Assembly (NCBI GenBank): GCA_965645245.1
Contig: OZ287081.1
Span: forward strand, 620,001 to 684,000
Direction of reading: 5' to 3'
Source of the DNA: Massalongia carnosa
Lineage: Eukaryota
Length of the DNA stretch: 64,000 nt
The notes under the pieces were generated by a model that was given only the letters and a program-made list of their open reading frames with translations, had not been told where the DNA came from and did not search any database. A program made the position numbers and the translations under genes. Positions 59,001-64,000 of this stretch are shown here, piece by piece; within the stretch, counting starts at the first letter, position 1; each line of letters starts with the position of its first letter.

Positions 59001-60519
59001 AAGATGTTGGGGCTTCAAGGTGTCGCTCTGGCTAATATTGTGGACAACCTCGAGGAAACCGAAAATGGTAAGGCCAAGAAACTGAAAAGCATGATTACGC
59101 ATAATGACGGAGCGGATTGGGATCGAATTCGAGCGCCGCCTAAAGATGCAGATGGGCAAGATTTCAAATGCGATATTAACGATGTAGAGAAATGTTCCTT
59201 GCATCTTCATGGCTACACCGAGCGAAATGATCCTCGAAACATATTTTCTTCCGCTTCCGCAATTGGTCTCATGATGGGCGTTGGTAATGTCGGCGAACAG
59301 ATGACTAGAAAGTCAGAAGGAGATATATTCGTCACTCGAGATGGAGGTGTTGAGTGGCATGCGGTCAAAAAGGGCAATTATCTATGGGAGTATGGCGACC
59401 AAGGATCGATCATTGTCATCGTGAAGGAGAACGCCGCTACCAAGAGTATCTTCTACTCTCTCGATGAGGGTACGGAGTGGACGGAGTATCAGTTCTCGGA
59501 AACAGAGATGAACATTAACGGAATCTCAACCGTTCCGTCTGACAACGCGCGGAATTTTCTACTATGGGGCAAGGATGCCTTTAGCGATGGCAAGATAACG
59601 ACGGTCAACCTAGATTTTACTGGATTGACGAATCGGAAGTGTGAGCTGCCGGATGACTTGACGTCCGAAAATGACGATTACTACCTCTGGGCACCAAAGC
59701 ATCCCAAGCAGGAACATAATTGCCTCTTTGGCCACGTCGCGCAGTATCTTCGCAAGAAAACGGACCGTGATTGTTACAACGGCCCGAAAATCCCCGACCC
59801 AACAGTTGCAAAATATTGCGAGTGCAGCTGGGAGGACTTTGAATGGTATGTTCCCATTTTCCACGTTTTCGGTCATGTCAAAACCACGTTGTGAATTATA
59901 TTCAGCTGACCCTCGATGCAGCAACTACAACTTCGAGCGCGAAGCTGATGGTTCCTGCCATCTGGTTGCCGGCCTTCCTTCACCCGACAATGAAAAAACA
60001 TGTCTTGAAAACCCCGAAAAAACCTCCTACTTCGACGCCACCCCCTACCGCCGCATCCCCCTGACCAAATGCAAGGGTGGTCGCGAACTTGAGTATACCG
60101 GTGAGGAGCGACCCTGCCCTGGCCACGACAAGGAGTTTTGGCAGAAGCACCGCGGCCTCTCGGGCTTCTGGCTCTTCATCGTCGCCGTTGTGCTGCCCTT
60201 TGGGGTTGCATCTGCCGTTGGCTACTGGGTATGGAACAATTGGGGTAGGAAATTCGGGCAAATTCAGCTCGGGGTCGACTCGAGAGGGACGCAGCAATCG
60301 TGGATTGCATATCCGATTATGGCCTTGGCGGCGGTCGTGGCGGTCGTGGCAGCGGTGCCTATGTTGGTGGGAAGTTTGTGGCGTAGCGTTAGTGGGATGT
60401 GGGGTGGAGGGAGGCGATACACGACTCGAAGTAGCTTTGCGAGGGGTAGGGGGGATTACGCCGTGGTGGATCCGGATGAGGACGAGCTTTTAGGGGACGA
60501 TGAGGACGAGGAGGCATAG
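56022..60519 (+). CDS. vps10: vacuolar protein sorting receptor Vps10/Pep1 (sortilin family)
   Basis: Signal peptide, two Vps10 beta-propeller domains with Asp-box repeats (SDDAGEKW, TTDQGKSW, SIDHGKTW), 10CC Cys modules, a TM segment and an acidic tail. Intron 59846-59921. Confidence 0.96.
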
Positions 60520-60961
60520 TGTAGGTAGATATGTTCATGGGGCAGGCAAAAGATGTATTGGACCAGGAAAGAGGCTTGGGCTGGTTGGGGGGTGAATGGC
60601 GTCTTGTTTCAATCTCCTGCTTGACGGGGGTGGAAATGGGGAGAAAAGGGTTTCCCGGATCGTAAGACGATTCCTCCCCATTGAAACTGAACGCTACCCA
60701 GCTTAAAACTTTCCCCAAGTGTTAATTTTAGGATGCCATTTAGTTAGCTAGTTTATAAGCCGTGTTGTATAACGATTACTTATTTTCTTTTTGAACCACC
60801 AAACTAGAGCATTGATACAAACCCCCGTAAATACTTATCTAGGGAATCCGTCTAGCGTTCCCCCTCCTACCCCCCTTCCGCTCCCTCCCTTCCCATCCAT
60901 CCAAAAATACCTTTTCCCTATACCCGATCAACAAAACTAACCAAGATATATCAAATATATC

Positions 60962-62512
<1,551 letters not shown>

Positions 62513-63132
62513 GGAAGATTCAAGTAAGGGTGGGGGTAAGGGTTTTACCATACTTACTCCAAATCATTTTTCCAAAAAACCAAACCTTTCCGAATAAACA
62601 GATACGGTAAGCAGCCGCATAGAAGGATCGACGTATCCATCCATCTAGCTATCCGGCTAGTTAGTTAGTTAGTTAGATAGCTAGACCGGATACCAGAAAC
62701 CAACCAGCCCCCTACTAGACAAAAGAAAATTATGCATGGAGTGGAAGAAGAAAACATACACGTTCCAGAAAGGGGGGGAGGGAGACGGGTACCAGCCTGT
62801 GGTTTTGCGGTAGGGTTCTGGGGGGAACGATGGGTTGTGGTTGATAAAAACATAACAGGTAGGTGAGAATTTTGGTTTGGGGGGTTTCCGGAGCAAAACC
62901 CCTGGTACGGGTGAGGCGATTTGGGTTTGGGGTCGGGAACGGGGAAGAGAGAAGGGGGCCGGTTTGGTAGCGTGGTGGAACGGAGCGTCCTGACTCGGGA
63001 TTTGTTGATGCTAATATTGCCCAAAAGACAATTTTTTTCTCCAAGAAAGCTATCTCTAAAATTAACGCCTTAAAATCGGATAAGTACTCCACCACTCTAT
63101 ATAGTGTTGTCCGTCGAATCCTGGCCTAGATG

Positions 63133-64000
63133 TTACCCGTAAGCCCCCCGTAAGCCCTCATAAATCGTGAATATAAACGCCGAGCTTGGCGCTGCCCGTG
63201 CGACCGTGATTCCGCAGCCACGATACAGGCCCCTTACCCCCTGTTGCTGCCACAGGGAGACCCCGCTGGCCCAGAATGTTTGCCTTCCCATCACGCCGCC
63301 GCCGCCGCCACCGTTTCCAGCGACAGAGTCGGTCTGCATGCGCGACTTGATAGTGTCGGCGGGAAAGAAGCTAAAGTTATAAGCCACGCCTGCGGTGGCG
63401 CCGGCGAGCATTTGCTGCCAGATGCGGAGAGGAGGGGGGGGCGACTGAGGCTGAGATGGGGAGGGGTCGGCACGGAGGTTGCGGGTGAGAAAGAGGCCGG
63501 AGACGCCTTCGTAGGCTCCAAACCAGATGGCACAGCCGCCTGATTCGCGGATCAAGGTTCCTAGCTGACCGTGCCAGAATCCTAGAAGGCCGTGGTGTTT
63601 GAAGATAGAGACGATGATGTTGAGGGGCTTGGGGGCTTGATGTGGAGTCGAGGACGCGGAAAGGGGGATCTGCATTTGACATTTTAGGAGCTCAATTGGC
63701 GTGAGAATAAGCGAGGTGAAGGCTCCGCTGGCGGCTCCACAGGTTACAAGAGCTGGTAACGGGAGGGGTGGGGCTGTTGTGTCGGCGGATTGAATTGGGA
63801 ATGCGGACTTCCAAAGGGTTTGCGCGATGCGGTAACTGAAGAATAGACTGCCAACTTCAACTGCAGCGCCAACTAAGGGAGCACTTAGGCCGCGGTAGAG
63901 CCCTCGAATACCTTCTTCATGAAGGGATTGTCGGAAGCAGTCCACAGGGCCGGCGTAGCGGAGTGGGGGGCGGTCTGGTTGGGATTGGAGGCGCACTTTG
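63133..64000 (-). CDS. mitochondrial carrier family protein, ornithine/basic amino acid carrier-like (ORT1/ARG-13 type); 5' end lies outside the window
   Basis: Carrier repeats with Px[DE]xxKxxxQ signatures (KVRLQSQ, PIELLKCQMQ, PADTIKSRMQ) and GLYRG motifs. GAAVE, RESGG and RAAP contact-point-like residues suggest the ornithine carrier group. Confidence 0.88.
   Translation of the reverse strand, partial: KVRLQSQPDRPPLRYAGPVDCFRQSLHEEGIRGLYRGLSAPLVGAAVEVGSLFFSYRIAQTLWKSAFPIQSADTTAPPLPLPALVTCGAASGAFTSLILTPIELLKCQMQIPLSASSTPHQAPKPLNIIVSIFKHHGLLGFWHGQLGTLIRESGGCAIWFGAYEGVSGLFLTRNLRADPSPSQPQSPPPPLRIWQQMLAGATAGVAYNFSFFPADTIKSRMQTDSVAGNGGGGGGVMGRQTFWASGVSLWQQQGVRGLYRGCGITVARAAPSSAFIFTIYEGLRGAYG

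Overview
This is eukaryotic DNA from a filamentous ascomycete (Pezizomycotina), judged from short GT-AG introns with CTAAC/CTGAC branch sites and typical fungal genes; a finer taxon cannot be read from the window. The conserved genes are Pta1/symplekin, SIL1, complex I 17.8-kDa subunit, HapB/NF-YA, Vps10, cytidine deaminase, a partial ornithine-type mitochondrial carrier and two tandem GPI-anchored Ser/Thr-rich proteins. Accessory islands between them hold a GC-rich 4-exon CryptonF tyrosine-recombinase element with one in-frame TGA, a HET-domain gene, and a decayed subtilase split by a full-length Tc1 (DD34E) element. They also hold a decayed DUF2235 hydrolase facing a fatty-acid dioxygenase whose P450-like domain lacks the heme Cys, an intact MULE with ~150-bp TIRs and an 8-bp TSD, two MITE-like inverted-repeat relics and several gene relics. 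The least-explained signals are (i) a ~1.9-kb, apparently spliced, AUG-depleted hapB leader/promoter with about 16 CCAAT boxes and one spliced uORF, and (ii) a ~1.8-kb stem-rich interval without a credible ORF between hapB and vps10 that may encode a structured ncRNA. All exon coordinates and family calls were made by eye; no database searches were run.
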